Shown piece by piece: positions 63,140-64,000 of a DNA stretch of 64,000 nucleotides; the first letter of the stretch is position 1, and each line of letters begins with the position of its first letter. Origin of the DNA: Pristiophorus japonicus. Its lineage: Eukaryota. The translations under genes were made by a program, and so were the position numbers. The notes below the pieces were generated by a model. It saw only the letters and a program-made list of their open reading frames with translations. It made no database searches and had not been told where the DNA came from. Where the stretch lies: NCBI RefSeq assembly GCF_044704955.1, contig NC_091985.1:152582001-152646000 (forward strand). The letters are read 5' to 3'.

Positions 63140-64000
63140 CTATTGGTAGAAAAGAGACATTTACTATTTAAAAACTGGAGAAAAAATGTAGATTACAGTC
63201 AGTTTCTGCAATTTTAAGTCTTTTGGGAAGCTTGATAAAAATATAATTTCAGAATGGTCTCCTGGGAACTTTGAAATTTATCTGATATAATTTTTTTTTA
63301 ATTGTAGTTTCATGGGTTTTCAGTGGCTTCATGAAATCAACCTTGTTTGAGGAAGGAGTAAATTGACACATTAAGGTCCGTCAGTAAGGTTGTGCTTGCA
63401 TGGGCAGCACCGTGGATTTAAGGACTAAAGTAATTTATTTGACCTTAACCCCTTGGGTTTAATTGGGCTAGGGAACAAAAAGTCCAGCTTATTAATGTCC
63501 TAATGGTCTTGGTCACTCATTACTCTCTGCAGGTCTGGTGCATTCACTGACTCTTTCTTGGGTTGTTCAGCTTTCTTCTCCTGGGAAGTGATTTTTATAT
63601 TGGATTGGGTAGCACCTTGACTGCTAATATTAACACAGTTCTTGGAACATGTCAAACATAACTTGTTCAAATTGCAACATATTCCACAGACCTGTCAGCC
63701 ACATATTTGCTGCTGTGGAGAATAACCTTTTTGTAGTTGGCAGCAACAGGTCAGCTCGGCTATAGGCTGCACGGAGGTCGGGGGGAGGATGCATAGGGGG
63801 AATTACTTGTTTTCCATTAAATAATTCCAACAAGCATTGGCTGGATCTTCCAAAGTTGCATGGTAACCTAGTAAACAAGAGTCAACATAGTTCCGGGTCC
63901 CAAACCAACCTCACTGATCACAGAGAAACCAACCCAACAGGACTGCAACACTTTACGATGCCAAGTACCTAGACTGCCAAAAGGCATGTGGCCAAGTTCC

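Noticed and set aside
63630-64000. ORF 63630..63878 as an upstream afadin exon
   Set aside because: No recognisable afadin sequence or supported splice boundaries.

Overview
Eukaryotic, repeat-dense intronic DNA. The repeat families (CR1 LINEs with an esterase ORF1, Deu-domain tRNA SINEs, Tx1, L2) suggest a cartilaginous fish; this is an inference. The host gene is afadin (AFDN/MLLT4) on the minus strand. Five phase-consistent GT-AG exons were reconstructed by eye (63139-62973, 58589-58432, 44729-44618, 40494-40321, 17631-17587). They encode the region before RA2, the RA2 domain, the linker and the 45-nt cassette exon. The introns contain stacked CR1/L2/Tx1 LINEs, SINEs, hAT and Tc1/pogo-type MITEs, an apparently intact two-gene PIF/Harbinger transposon (48623-53369) and three related MITEs. 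The most unusual signals are: (1) a TSD-flanked, internally deleted CR1 retrocopy with massive one-directional A>G changes, consistent with an ADAR-hyper-edited RNA written back into the genome (7396-8068); (2) the Harbinger system, with a spliced Myb/SANT gene using a GC-AG intron and non-canonical TSDs; (3) the afadin micro-exon, with a dense UGCAUG cluster, a long AG-free zone and flanking inverted young repeats; (4) a full-length CR1 with TATA-containing 5' monomers and splice donors, oriented sense to afadin. Repeat boundaries are approximate; exon, TIR and TSD coordinates were counted by hand.
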